Shown piece after piece: positions 41,640 through 52,739 of a stretch of DNA of 64,000 nucleotides; the first letter of the stretch is position 1; each line of letters starts with the position of its first letter. Source of the DNA: an uncultured bacterium (GTDB lineage Bacteria > Zixibacteria > MSB-5A5 > CAIYYT01); the NCBI GenBank assembly GCA_963726455.1, contig CAVSCK010000004.1:320001-384000 (forward strand). The letters run 5' to 3'. The notes under the pieces are model-generated. The model had not been told where the DNA came from. It did no database searches and saw only the letters and a program-made list of their open reading frames with translations. The position numbers and the translations under genes are program-made.

Positions 41640-43604
41640 ATGACAGATTTCCTGCGCACAATTAAGTCTCCTGCCGACCTCAAGAAGGTCCCGCTCGAAT
41701 CGCTGCCCGAACTGGCGGCGGAGATTCGCGATGGTCTGGTGACGACCCTCTCCGAGTTGGGTGGACATCTGGGCGGCAATCTTGGCGTAGTCGAATTGAC
41801 AATCGCATTGCACTATGTATATGACAGTCCTGGCGACCAGATCGTCTGGGACACCGGCCACCAGTCTTATGTCCACAAGATGCTCACCGGCCGCTATGAC
41901 CGACTCAATACCATCCGTCAACTGGGTGGCTTGGCGGGATTTGCCAAAATCACCGAATCCGAGCATGATGTTTACGGCGCCGGCCATGCTTCGACGTCGA
42001 TTTCGGCCGCGTACGGCCTCGCCGTCGCCAGAGACCTGGCAGGCAAGGATAATCACGTTATTGCCGTGATTGGCGACGGCGCCATGACGGGCGGCCTTGC
42101 TTTTGAGGGACTGAATAATTTGGGCAATTCCAAGCGACGCATGTTAGTGGTACTTAATGACAATTCCATGTCCATTGATAAAAACGTCGGCGCACTGTCC
42201 GAGTACCTCACCGAACTGCGGACAGACGAGACCTATAACAAGATTAAGTCCTCGATTTGGGATTTGACCGGCAAGTTTAACCGTGGGCCGCTGATTCGGG
42301 AATTCGTCGGGAGAGTCGACGAAACCATCAAGAGCTTCCTGGTTCCCGGAGTGATTTTCGAGAAGCTCGGCCTGCGCTATTTTGGCCCCGTCGACGGCCA
42401 TGATGTAGTCGGCTTGGTCAAAACTCTTAACCACCTGAAGGCGCTGCCCGGACCTCTGTTGCTGCACATTCGCACGAAGAAGGGCAAGGGTTATCAACCT
42501 GCCGAGGACGATGCCTGCAATTTCCACGGTGTAAACAAATTCGATAAGGTTACCGGCAAGTCTGAAAACTCCAGTGGCATCTCGTATACGAAAGTCTTCG
42601 GCGACACCATGATCGAACTGGCACAGAAGGACCCGAATCTCGTTGTGATAACCGCCGCCATGCCGACCGGCACGGGCTTGTCCAAATATGCCAAGACCTA
42701 TCCCGATCGCTTCTTCGACGTCGGTATCGCCGAACTACACGCCGCGGTATTTGCGGCCGGGCTTTCGCGCGGCGGCAGTAAGCCGGTGTTTGCGGTCTAC
42801 TCAACATTCTGCCAGCGCGCCTACGATCCGATTATTCATGATATCGCCCTGCAAAATCTTCCCGTGATTCTGGCTCTTGATCGTGCCGGTTTGGTCGGCA
42901 ACGACGGACCAACTCACCACGGCACCTTTGATCTTTCCTACTTGCGTGTGGTTCCGAACATGACAATCTGCGCGCCGAAAGATGGCACCGAGTTGAAGCA
43001 ATTGTTGCAGTTGGCGCTGGAAAGATTCGATGGGCCGATCGCCATCCGTTGGCCGCGCGCCGATATTCCCGAGGGCAAGATTCAGGATCGTCCGTTGTTG
43101 GAATGGGGAACGTGGGAACCGCTACTTGAAGGTAAGGATGCGGTTATTCTGGCAGTCGGTACGATGGTCGGGCAATCCCTCAAGGCCGCCGCGCAATTGG
43201 CGGCAAAAGGCGTTCAGGTCACTGTGGTCAATTGCCGTTTTGTAAAGCCGTTCGATTATTCCATGCTGCAGGAACTTTCCGAACACTACAAGTACTTCAT
43301 CACTGTTGAAGAGGGTTCGCTGCCGGGAGGATTCGGCTCAGGCATAAATGACTGGCTGGTCGACTCGGGCAGAACACACGTTCGTTTGCAGCGGCTCGGC
43401 ATTCCCGATCAGTTTGTCGAACACGGCAGCCGCAGTGAATTGCTGGAAATGATCGGGTTGCACCCGGAGGGAATCGCCGGCGCCGTCGAAAATTTCGTTC
43501 GTGCCGAGGGTAAACATTCGCTTAAGATAAAGACGGACTCGGAGACAACTCCAACGGTTAATCGACTTGAAAATGTGAAGACCATCGCCAAGGACAATTC
43601 CTGA
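41640..43604 (+). CDS. dxs: 1-deoxy-D-xylulose-5-phosphate synthase
   Basis: 'GGHLGGNLGVVEL', 'WDTGHQSYVHK', 'IGDGAMTGG', 'DRAGLVGNDGPTHHG'. Confidence 0.98.
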   Translation: MTDFLRTIKSPADLKKVPLESLPELAAEIRDGLVTTLSELGGHLGGNLGVVELTIALHYVYDSPGDQIVWDTGHQSYVHKMLTGRYDRLNTIRQLGGLAGFAKITESEHDVYGAGHASTSISAAYGLAVARDLAGKDNHVIAVIGDGAMTGGLAFEGLNNLGNSKRRMLVVLNDNSMSIDKNVGALSEYLTELRTDETYNKIKSSIWDLTGKFNRGPLIREFVGRVDETIKSFLVPGVIFEKLGLRYFGPVDGHDVVGLVKTLNHLKALPGPLLLHIRTKKGKGYQPAEDDACNFHGVNKFDKVTGKSENSSGISYTKVFGDTMIELAQKDPNLVVITAAMPTGTGLSKYAKTYPDRFFDVGIAELHAAVFAAGLSRGGSKPVFAVYSTFCQRAYDPIIHDIALQNLPVILALDRAGLVGNDGPTHHGTFDLSYLRVVPNMTICAPKDGTELKQLLQLALERFDGPIAIRWPRADIPEGKIQDRPLLEWGTWEPLLEGKDAVILAVGTMVGQSLKAAAQLAAKGVQVTVVNCRFVKPFDYSMLQELSEHYKYFITVEEGSLPGGFGSGINDWLVDSGRTHVRLQRLGIPDQFVEHGSRSELLEMIGLHPEGIAGAVENFVRAEGKHSLKIKTDSETTPTVNRLENVKTIAKDNS

Positions 43605-44473
43605 TGCGTTTCGGCATAGTTGCCAACCGCAAGCGACCCGGCGCCGCCAAGATCATACGGCGGGTGATCGAGTGGATCGAATCCTGCGGACATGATTATG
43701 GTGTCTGCGAGGAACTGAAGGACTTCGCAGCCAACGCTGAGTTAGTGTACAAGCGTGACGACATCGCCGGCAAATGTGATTATATCATTTCCATGGGCGG
43801 CGACGGCACCTTGCTGGCGGCAGCCAGGGCGATCGGCGCCAGTGGAGTGCCGATCATCGGCATCAATCTGGGAGCTCTGGGCTTTCTGACGCAAGTCACC
43901 GCCGACGATTGCGAACGTAGTCTGCAGGCGTTAGTCAGTGGCCAACATCATATCGAAAAACGCATGTTGCTTGAAGTAAGCGTTAACGGCAGCGATCTCG
44001 GCAAAACCGGCTTTGCGCTGAACGATGTGGTGGTTGACCGAGGTAACGTGGCGCGGCTGATAGAACTCGATCTGTTCGTTAACGACGAATTTATTTCCAC
44101 ATATCGGGCTGATGGATTGATCATCGCCACGCCCACCGGGTCAACGGCCTATAATGCCGCCGTTGGGGGACCAATTTTGAATCCGACCATGGAAGCGATT
44201 ATTGCTTCACCGATGGCGCCGCAATCACTGGCGGCGCGGTCCATGCTTTTCGATGGCAATGACGTCATCCGAATCAAGGTTACCTCCGGACACAGTTCGG
44301 CGCTGATGACCATTGATGGGCAGGTGTCGGTGCCGCTCAAGAACGGGGAAGAGGTCTTGATTAAACGCGCCGCCCATTACACAAGTCTGGTAACCTTTCC
44401 CCAACACACGTTCTACTCGATTCTTCGTAACAAGCTGCACTGGGCTGTCCTGCCTCGCGCCCAAAACGAATAA
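43604..44473 (+). CDS. nadK: NAD(+) kinase
   Basis: 'GGDGTLL', 'GINLGALGFL', 'ALNDVV', 'DGLIIATPTGSTAY'. Confidence 0.96.
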   Translation: MRFGIVANRKRPGAAKIIRRVIEWIESCGHDYGVCEELKDFAANAELVYKRDDIAGKCDYIISMGGDGTLLAAARAIGASGVPIIGINLGALGFLTQVTADDCERSLQALVSGQHHIEKRMLLEVSVNGSDLGKTGFALNDVVVDRGNVARLIELDLFVNDEFISTYRADGLIIATPTGSTAYNAAVGGPILNPTMEAIIASPMAPQSLAARSMLFDGNDVIRIKVTSGHSSALMTIDGQVSVPLKNGEEVLIKRAAHYTSLVTFPQHTFYSILRNKLHWAVLPRAQNE

Positions 44474-44576
44474 TTAAGCGTCGCTTCTGCATTTTCGTCT
44501 ATTCCATTGGTGCACTTTCAGCTAAGCTTGCGTATTAGAACGCGGTTGATTAGGTTGCTCCAGTAGGAATGGGATA

Positions 44577-47500
44577 ATGCTCGCCAAAACCGGCTTCGCC
44601 ACCAGACATCGTCTTCATCTGATAATCGTCGCTGTCTCTGCTATGATATGCATGTTCGGTCTGACAACTCGCGCGGCGGCGGACGCCTATCACCCGTACC
44701 GTCTCATCGTAAAATACAAGTCCCCGCCTGCTACTACTTCTTTGCAGCAAACTGCAGCCAAGGCACTCGCGGCGAATGTCAAAACCATCTTTCCCGTCGC
44801 AGACACCAAGGACAGGACTTCCATCAAGAATACCGGCTTCATCTATACGTTCGCAGATTCTCTCAAGCGGCTGGCTGCGGAATCATTGTTGTCAAATGAC
44901 CCGGCCATCCAGTACGTCGAGCGAGATTACAAGATGGAGCTGTTCTCTGATCCACTGTATCAGAACCAGTGGGGACTCACTAATCAAGCCCAGGGATACC
45001 TTGGCATTGTTCGGGTTCCTGGAAATCAAAACGACAGTCTGGTGCTCAAGACTGGCACGGCTGGCGCAGACATTAGATGGGAACAAACCCAATCCGCTCC
45101 TATCAACAGACATAAGACACGCGTTGGCGTGATCGACACCGGTGTAGATTACAAACATCCCGACTTGCAGGATCATATCTGGCACAATGTGCAGGAGATT
45201 CCCGGCAATGGAATCGATGACGATCTAAACGGCTACGTCGACGACTACTACGGTTATGATTTCTCCGGCGATACTCAGTCCACTTTCAATGCTTCGCCGG
45301 ATTCCGATCCAATGGACAAGATCGGCCACGGAACCCATGTGTCGGGCATTATCGGAGCAGTGGGAGGTAACGGTATCGGGATTGAAGGAATCGCGCAAAA
45401 CGTCGAAATCATGTGCCTTAAGATTTTCCCGAATGCGTACGCCTCCTCAACTTCGGCCGCCATTATCTACGCCGTCGACAACGGCGCGGAAGTAATCAAC
45501 GCCTCCTGGGGATCACCTTTCTATTCGTCGATCATAGATGATGCCGTTAAGTACGCGGTTGAACACGGAGTGGTCTTTGTCGCCGCATCGGGAAATTCCG
45601 GAACCGATATTCCATTCTTTCCGGCCAAATCCGACTTTGTGGTTACCGTCGGCGCATCCGATTCGCACGATCAGGTTACTTACTTTTCGAGCTTTGGGCC
45701 TTGGCTCGATCTCGCGGCACCGGGGTTGGACATTCTCTCGCTGCGTGCCACGGGAACCGACCTTTACGCTGCTTCCGGTGAGCCGGGAATCCGAATCATT
45801 GACAGTCTCTATTATCTCGCCGATGGCACCAGCATGGCGGCGCCACATGTGACCGGAGCCGTCGCGCTATTGCGTTCGGCCTCGCCGGGATTGACTGCCG
45901 ACAGTATCAAACAATTGCTATACAACACCGCTGACGCCATTACCGATCCGAACGGCTTGCTTCGGCACGCCGGAAACCCATACTCCGGTCATGGTCGCCT
46001 GAATGTCGGCCGCGCCACCGAGTTCCTTTCCGATGAATTTGCCGAGTTGGAGTCGCCGCAATTCAACACGGTACAACAGGGGATAATCCAGTTCTCCGGT
46101 TCGGCATATTCCGCCTCAGGAAAGTCATTCCTTTTGGAAGCAAGACCTGCCTCAACGAACACCTGGATTACTATTGCCTCTGGTAGTGCCAACCTGTTGC
46201 GCCAGAGTATCGCTAACTGGGACAGTTCACCTTATGACGGCCGCACGGAAGTACGATTGACCGTAGGCGATAATATTGCTTTCACTTCATATCTGCGGCT
46301 CGTTAATAATCCACGCGTCGATATCACTACTCCCGCAAACGGCGATACGGTCACATCATTTGCCGAGATCATTGGTTCGGCGTCGGCGCCCGGTCTTCAA
46401 TCATATGAAGTCTCATTCTATCCGGATGCAGCTCCCAGGGAAAAGCATCTGATCACGTTCTCGAATCAGGTGCTCTATGATTCTCCACTCGCGGAATGGA
46501 CGATTGGGCCGTTGCGTCCGGGATCGGGAGTTCTCAAGCTTACCGTGACGACCGCCACCGATGTGATCGAAACCTCAACTGGAGTCTATATCAAGAGCAG
46601 TCTGGCCGCCGGTTACCCGATTGAACCGATAACCCGTCCGCACTTGTCGGCTATGATCGGCAACATCGACGACGACCCCGCACCGGAACTGGTGAGTGGC
46701 GGGTCGCAGAAGATCATCGTGAATCATTTCAAGGAAGGCCGAATTGAATACATCAATCCACCCATCGGCCAGTCGTGTCAATCGACGCCGGCATTGTGGG
46801 ATTTCAACGGTGATGGCAAAGACGAGATCGTTGTTGTTACGGATTCTGGTGTGGCGATCATCGACGGCCTAGGAAATCCACTACCGGGCTGGCCGAAGTT
46901 ATTGCTCACCGGCTGGGAATACGATTCATACCCAACGCCATTGCTCGCCGACCTCGACGGTGACGGCAGAATGGAAATTCTGGTTACGGATGCCGCCGGG
47001 GAAGTCTGGTGCTGGCGCTGGGATGGCAGCAGCTATTTCCATTCCACGGGAGGGCTGTTTGGGCTGATTGACGATCTCGGCCGCGCCCGCAATTTCGGTG
47101 GGGCGATCGTGGCGTTCATGTTTGCTTATGACTTTGATGATGACGGCTATCAGGATGTCGGAGTACTTTACACATCGTATGGTGGCGACGGCGGACTCTA
47201 CATGCTTTCCGGCAAGAACGGCAACGCACTCTATCCCGATAAAGGTATTCGAGTCTTGTCGACCGAGGCGATATTCGGGGGCGTGCTCGCTGATTTCGAC
47301 AATGACGGCTACCCGGAAATCGCTTTTGCGCATCGCGCCGGCGGAGTCCTGAGACAAATTGGAGTCAGCATCGTCCGGGCTAACGGCGACTACCTTCCCG
47401 GTTGGCCGAAAATCTTCTACGACAAGATTCAATGGCTATCGCCGTATCCGGCGGCCGCCGATCTCGACCATGATTCGATTCCGGAACTTATCTGTGTGTT

Positions 47501-48278
47501 CAGCGCGCTGGACGGCGGAGAGCTCTACGTTTGGCATGGCGACGGCACGCCGTTTCGCGGAGACAACTTCGGCAGAAACGACGGATTTCTTGCCGGTACT
47601 TCCAATTCGCTTTCCAATCCCGAAGTGCTTGATGTCGACAACGATGGCCAATAAGAAATTGTCGCGCGGGCCGGAGCAACGTTGTTGGGAAAACCTGAAC
47701 GCCTTTTTGCCTGGAAGCTCGACGGCAGCGTCGTGCGGGGCTGGCCGATCTATACCTACGCCGATCCCGACATCGTCACTTATTCTTTGTTCACTCCGGC
47801 GGCAGCCGATATCGATGGCGATGGACTGCTTGAACTCTACATGGGGTCGTCCGACACCCAGATCTATTGCTGGAGACTACCGACTGTAGCGACAGATTCG
47901 GCTGTGGTCTGGGGCAGTTTCCTTCATGATAACAGGCATTCGGGCATATTACCTTTCGTCAGGGCGCATAATTCACCTCCTCCGCCTCCTCCGATACCGA
48001 GTCAGTTTCGCCTGGCACAGAACTATCCAAATCCTTTCAATCAGAACACGATCATTCAGGTTGATCTTCCCGAAAGCGGCGACCTGAGTATTGACATCTT
48101 GAATGTCCTTGGGCAGCGAGTAGCGACTGTGTTCAATGGCACATTGGCTGCCGGATATTATCACTTCGACTGGAACGGCATTGACCACGACGGCAAGGAA
48201 CTTGAATCGGGCGTCTATTTCTATCGGCTGCGGCAGGGCGATCATGTGGAAACCAGAAAGATGGTGTTGCTGAAATGA
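44577..48278 (+). CDS. Secreted S8 subtilisin-like protease with FG-GAP-like repeats and T9SS-type/FlgD-Ig C-terminal domain, interrupted by an in-frame TAA at 47652-47654
   Basis: Catalytic motifs 'VIDTGVD', 'GHGTHVSG', 'GTSMAAPHV' and several DxDxDGxxEI repeats. The 47682-48278 ORF is in the same frame, giving DVDNDGQ*EIV. Ends 'QNYPNPFN...SGVYFYRL...RKMVLLK'. Confidence 0.88.
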
Positions 48279-50413
48279 GACGTATCGCGTTGCTCATCAT
48301 GTTGATCATCTCTTTCGCATTCGCATCCGCCGCTGTCGGCCCCGATATGTTTCAAGAGATTGCATCATTGCCTCTTCAAGGGATGAATTCATTTGACGTT
48401 GACTCCGCGAACGTGTGTTTGCTCTTTGATCACGCTGTCGCCATAGCGAAGCAGGGTCAGCCCGGAATCATTATGAACGCGGGCAAAACTACTCCGCTGA
48501 CGCAGCGCTATACCGACTGCTATCTGCATGAACGCCGGCTCTATCTCTATTCTCGTGACGGCGCGTTTGGTGTCGCAGAAGTTGACAACGGCGCCATAGA
48601 CATTGTCGAAGAACAGGCAACTCACGACACCATTTTGTCGGTCGTCGCCGCCGGCAGTTATTTGTATCTGGCTCAGGGATTCGACGGCATCACTATTATG
48701 AATGCCAATGATGCTGCCAATCTGCATGAAGTTGGCAAAGCTCGCCACGGCGCCTACTATTCGCTGCTTAAAATTTATGACACCCTGCTTTTCGCCGCTG
48801 ATCGCCTTAACGGAGTCGATGTCTATCGAGTTTCTGACAGCGCTTTGGTCTATTTGCAGACTTTCCTGACTTATCTACCAGTCGTGGATTTCGTTCTCGA
48901 TTCGTCAAATGTACTGACCTGCTACGGAACCGACCGTGTCGACAAGTGGAACCTATTCAGCAGCTCTGACACACCCATCACGTTCGAGCATGAGGTTACG
49001 CATCTCGATAACCTTGGGATTGGTGTCGTGGTCGGATTCTCCAATGGCTCCCTTGAGACCAATCTGTCAGGCAATGGACCAGTGTTGGGTACACAGCAAT
49101 TGGCGTTTCCTGCCAGGAAGCTACGGACTGTATTTCACTCAGGCGAGTCGGCGCAGTGCTTTGCACTGGACGAAGTCGGCCGTTTGACGGTCTTATCCGG
49201 CGACGATCTCACGGTGATTGGACAACTTCGGCTATCGAATCTGCCAACTTCCATAACTGCCAACGGCGACGGTCTGATCGTTGCGCAGCCAGGCAGGGGA
49301 ATTTCCCGACTGAAATTCGAATCGGGTATTTTCACGGAAACTTTGTTATATGAATCCGGCCTGGCTTTCACGTCACTGTGCCAACAGGAATCACTCTTGT
49401 TTGCGGCCATCGGTAATTCTGACTCGGTGCTAATCCTCGATCTCGACGTCACTCCCGCCAAGCCAATGATGTTCGTCGATATGATGCAACTGTCCAGCCA
49501 GGTCTATGTTAACAAACTTCCCACTATCGAATACGAGATCGTCGCGATCGGCCCTTCCGGCGCCCGCGCGGTCAAGGTTGATTTGCGGGACAAGCATGTA
49601 GCCGAATCCTGGTCAGTGCAGGCCGCATTTCCGGTCACGAGTGGTTACTATGACAGGCAATCGCTGGTCTTTGCATCTGAAACCGGCCAGGTCGATTACT
49701 ACTGCGTCGACTGTGGCTCTGGCCAACCGGAATTCCGGGCATCAATTACTACTCCCGCGCCACCCCGATCATTACTTATGATCGACGGTCAGTATCTCGT
49801 CGTCGGATCGGCTGGCGGAGCGGGTGTGTACGTTTACAATCAATCACAGCAACAATTGGAATTAGTCACCGATCTGTATTCCGTACTGTCGACATCGCAG
49901 TTGCTTTATGATCCCTCCAGGAAGCTTCTGATAATTGCCGGCGGGTCTGACTTCATTCGCTACGTCGATCTTTCTGATCCATCAAGCCCCGGTCCAATCT
50001 ATAATCTGCCGACATCGGGCGGTGCGTCGTCAATATCCATGTACGGCAGCGAACTTTACGCCGTCGAGAATGACGCAGTCACGCTGTTCCGTTCAAATGC
50101 CTCCGGAGTCGCCTCGAATCAGTCAAACGAAGTCGTTTACTCGGAGCCATATCCCAATCCATTCAACAGCGCGACGGCGATAGAAGTCCAGGCGAGCGAT
50201 GGTTCCCGTGGCAACGGGCAAATCGGCTATCAGATCGTCGACGTCCTGGGCAGGTTTGTTAGGGAGGGCCAAATCGAGCGCGCCGGCGGAGCCACGCGCA
50301 TTATCTGGGACGGTACCGACGCGGATAACCGTCCGGTTGCGTCCGGAGTCTATTTCCTGCGGCTCTCGAGCGGCGAATCAGTCAGTGTCCGCAAGATGTT
50401 GTTGATCAAATGA
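48275..50413 (+). CDS. Secreted beta-propeller-like protein (LVIVD-like repeats) with T9SS-type/FlgD-Ig C-terminal domain
   Basis: Signal peptide, repeats such as 'YLYLAQGFDGITIMNA' and 'LFAADRLNGVDVYRV'. Ends 'PYPNPFN...WDGTDADNRPVASGVYFLRL...RKMLLIK'. ATGA overlap with the protease gene. Confidence 0.75.
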   Translation: MRRIALLIMLIISFAFASAAVGPDMFQEIASLPLQGMNSFDVDSANVCLLFDHAVAIAKQGQPGIIMNAGKTTPLTQRYTDCYLHERRLYLYSRDGAFGVAEVDNGAIDIVEEQATHDTILSVVAAGSYLYLAQGFDGITIMNANDAANLHEVGKARHGAYYSLLKIYDTLLFAADRLNGVDVYRVSDSALVYLQTFLTYLPVVDFVLDSSNVLTCYGTDRVDKWNLFSSSDTPITFEHEVTHLDNLGIGVVVGFSNGSLETNLSGNGPVLGTQQLAFPARKLRTVFHSGESAQCFALDEVGRLTVLSGDDLTVIGQLRLSNLPTSITANGDGLIVAQPGRGISRLKFESGIFTETLLYESGLAFTSLCQQESLLFAAIGNSDSVLILDLDVTPAKPMMFVDMMQLSSQVYVNKLPTIEYEIVAIGPSGARAVKVDLRDKHVAESWSVQAAFPVTSGYYDRQSLVFASETGQVDYYCVDCGSGQPEFRASITTPAPPRSLLMIDGQYLVVGSAGGAGVYVYNQSQQQLELVTDLYSVLSTSQLLYDPSRKLLIIAGGSDFIRYVDLSDPSSPGPIYNLPTSGGASSISMYGSELYAVENDAVTLFRSNASGVASNQSNEVVYSEPYPNPFNSATAIEVQASDGSRGNGQIGYQIVDVLGRFVREGQIERAGGATRIIWDGTDADNRPVASGVYFLRLSSGESVSVRKMLLIK

Positions 50414-50431
50414 CAACGGGCATTTAAATGC

Positions 50432-50459
50432 TTGACTATGGGTTTGATAAACGTATAAT
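50432..50459 (+). promoter_or_regulatory. Sigma70-type promoter
   Basis: TTGACT (50432-50437), 16-nt spacer, TATAAT (50454-50459). Confidence 0.68.
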
Positions 50460-50489
50460 TTTAGAAAAAATGTAGGGTGAGGATATCAA

Positions 50490-51200
50490 ATGAGACTGGT
50501 TAAAGAGGCGTTGGCGATATCGTTCGCAGGCATCTTCGTGCTATGTCTGGCGATGTCATTGTCTGCTGCTGATAAATCGGCATCAAGCGCGAAACCGGGG
50601 GAAACGGGATATGTCAAGGACGCCGTCTATCACGACGCTCGTTTCGGATTTTCGATGGCGATTCCCGTTGACTGGCGCGAAGCCAAACTGCGCAAAGAAC
50701 CGAGCCCCGAACGGCTGCTTCTGGTTCAACGCAAGCCGAGAATTCCTCTGCGGCTTCAGGATGAACCCGATTTGGCCGTAAAGCCGTCAATCATGATCTT
50801 TGCAGATTCCACTTCCATGGCCCCTGACGCTTTCTTCAACTATCTTCGAGCCGACACGGGGAAGACCGATTTCAAGCAGAAGATTCTCGCGAAGTCGATA
50901 TTTCTGGAGGCCGGCGCTTCGAACGAAGTGCAAGTGTTGGATAAAGTTCCTGTCAAGATTGCCGGCAAAGATGTCACGAGACTTCGCGTCCGGCTCGAAT
51001 ACAACGTGAGAGTTACCAGTCCGGGAATGAAAACCCCTTCGCAGGTTAATGATTTCAGAGTAGGTTACATTTATATCGTGCCGTTCGATGGCTGGCTGCT
51101 CTATATCGAGGAAGTCTGCGAAAATCAGTTCCTCGAATCGCTGCAGAAAGACTTCGATTCGGCGATCAATTCGGTTACCATGGAGACGGCTGGGAAATGA
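50490..51200 (+). CDS. Exported hypothetical protein, possibly PsbP-like fold
   Basis: Signal peptide. 'YHDARFGFSMAIPVDW' and terminal 'FDSAINSV' resemble PsbP/DcrB-like proteins. Confidence 0.55.
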   Translation: MRLVKEALAISFAGIFVLCLAMSLSAADKSASSAKPGETGYVKDAVYHDARFGFSMAIPVDWREAKLRKEPSPERLLLVQRKPRIPLRLQDEPDLAVKPSIMIFADSTSMAPDAFFNYLRADTGKTDFKQKILAKSIFLEAGASNEVQVLDKVPVKIAGKDVTRLRVRLEYNVRVTSPGMKTPSQVNDFRVGYIYIVPFDGWLLYIEEVCENQFLESLQKDFDSAINSVTMETAGK

Positions 51201-51269
51201 CGGGCTTCGCAATAATGACATCGTTTACGGCCACACGGGAATTGATTCCCAACTATAAGGAGGCATGCT

Positions 51270-51572
51270 ATGTGGGCGGTTAGAATGCTTCTAACCATTA
51301 TTTTCTTGATAGTCTCAATCGCCTTTTATGTCGCCAACGCCGGTGAACGAGTCGATGTCAATATCCTGCACACTCGTTATGTCGATGTGCCGTTGATGAT
51401 CGTCCTGTTGATCGCCTTCGCTGTCGGCATGATTGCCAGTTTTCTGATTGCGGTGACTTATTTCTTCCGCATTTCGTCGGAGGCGGGCGCCAATAAGCGC
51501 ATGGTCAAGCGGTTGCAGGCAGAGATTACGGCGCTTCGGAATCGGCAGATAGACCAAATAGATTCGGTATAA
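51270..51572 (+). CDS. lapA: LapA-like (DUF1049) small membrane protein
   Basis: Two TM helices with 'N...V.VN......DVPL..VLLIAF..G' and a C-terminal coiled coil; precedes a TPR protein. Confidence 0.72.
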   Translation: MWAVRMLLTIIFLIVSIAFYVANAGERVDVNILHTRYVDVPLMIVLLIAFAVGMIASFLIAVTYFFRISSEAGANKRMVKRLQAEITALRNRQIDQIDSV

Positions 51573-51575
51573 TGT

Positions 51576-52655
51576 ATGTTTGAACTGAGCATGTACTATT
51601 ACATCGTCGGGTGCTGTATCATCCTGATATTGGCCCTGTTGGTCAGTTTCCAGGTACGGCGGCGCAAACGCGAACGGCAGCAGGATCGCACTCTCTATAT
51701 CAGCGCGTTACAGGCGCTGTTGGAAGGCGATCAGGTCGGCGCATTTTATAAACTCAAAGAGGCGGTTGCGCAAGATACCGAAAATATCGATGCCTACCTG
51801 CGCCTCGGCAAGATTCTCGCCGATCGCGGCAAGACCAAGAATGCGATTCAGGTTCATAATGAATTGCTGTTGCGTTCCGATCTCACGCCGTTACAGAAGA
51901 AAGAAATCAATCGCTATCTGACGGAAGATTACATCCTTGACAACCAGACGGCCCGCGCTATCACCGTTCTGCAGGCCGAGTTTGAGCGCGACCCGGCCGA
52001 CATGAACACCGGCGTGAAGTTGCTTGACTTGCTCAAGAAGGAAGGCAAGTGGGAAGAGGCCGAGGACATTGCCGAGAAGCTGTACAAGCGTGAGCATGAA
52101 CGCTTTGCCGGCGTGGTTGCCGATGTCAAAATCAGGGTCGGCGATATTTGGGAGGAACGTGGCAAAGGTCGCAAAGCGCGTACACTGTACAAGACCGCCT
52201 TCCACCTCGATCCCTCGCGAATCGAAACCTGGATCAAGGTCGGTGATTCGTATACGACCGAAGATCGTCTCGATGATGCAATTCGCAGTTGGATGCACAT
52301 TATCGACGGCGCGCCCCGCGAGGCCTATCGCGTATTTGACCGGCTCAAGAGAGCGCTCTTTGAAGTCGGTCAGTTTAATCAGATGGCCGGAATTTTCGAG
52401 CGAATCCTCGAGAAGGACACAGGGAATCCCTACGCTGCCGTCGCGATTGCAGAGTTGTATGAAAAGAAAGGCAATTTCTCGCAGGCCGAAGAATATTTCC
52501 GTATGGCAATCGACGCCAACCCTCAGTATGCGCCCGCCCGCCTGGGACTTGCACGTTTATTCCGTGAGCAGGGACGAATCGATGAGGCGCTGAATATTCT
52601 GGAGAAACTCTTCGCGCAACAACAGCAACAGGAAGCCATCCGTCAGCAGACTTGA
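51576..52655 (+). CDS. Membrane-anchored TPR protein, LapB-like
   Basis: N-terminal TM, 'DAYLRLGKIL..RG....AIQVH..LL.R.DL' as in LapB, multiple TPRs. No C-terminal rubredoxin cysteines. Confidence 0.7.
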   Translation: MFELSMYYYIVGCCIILILALLVSFQVRRRKRERQQDRTLYISALQALLEGDQVGAFYKLKEAVAQDTENIDAYLRLGKILADRGKTKNAIQVHNELLLRSDLTPLQKKEINRYLTEDYILDNQTARAITVLQAEFERDPADMNTGVKLLDLLKKEGKWEEAEDIAEKLYKREHERFAGVVADVKIRVGDIWEERGKGRKARTLYKTAFHLDPSRIETWIKVGDSYTTEDRLDDAIRSWMHIIDGAPREAYRVFDRLKRALFEVGQFNQMAGIFERILEKDTGNPYAAVAIAELYEKKGNFSQAEEYFRMAIDANPQYAPARLGLARLFREQGRIDEALNILEKLFAQQQQQEAIRQQT

Positions 52656-52739
52656 AACTGTGAACTTCGGGGCCGGGCAGCGGGCAAACGCCTTGATATT
52701 GATGTCCTGTAACCTTTCACGCCTTAATCAGCGCGCCCA

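Noticed and set aside
47652-47654. TAA stop-codon reassignment
   Set aside because: TAA ends many clearly complete genes here (thrS, rpmI, pheS, dnaK, nadK), so the standard code applies.
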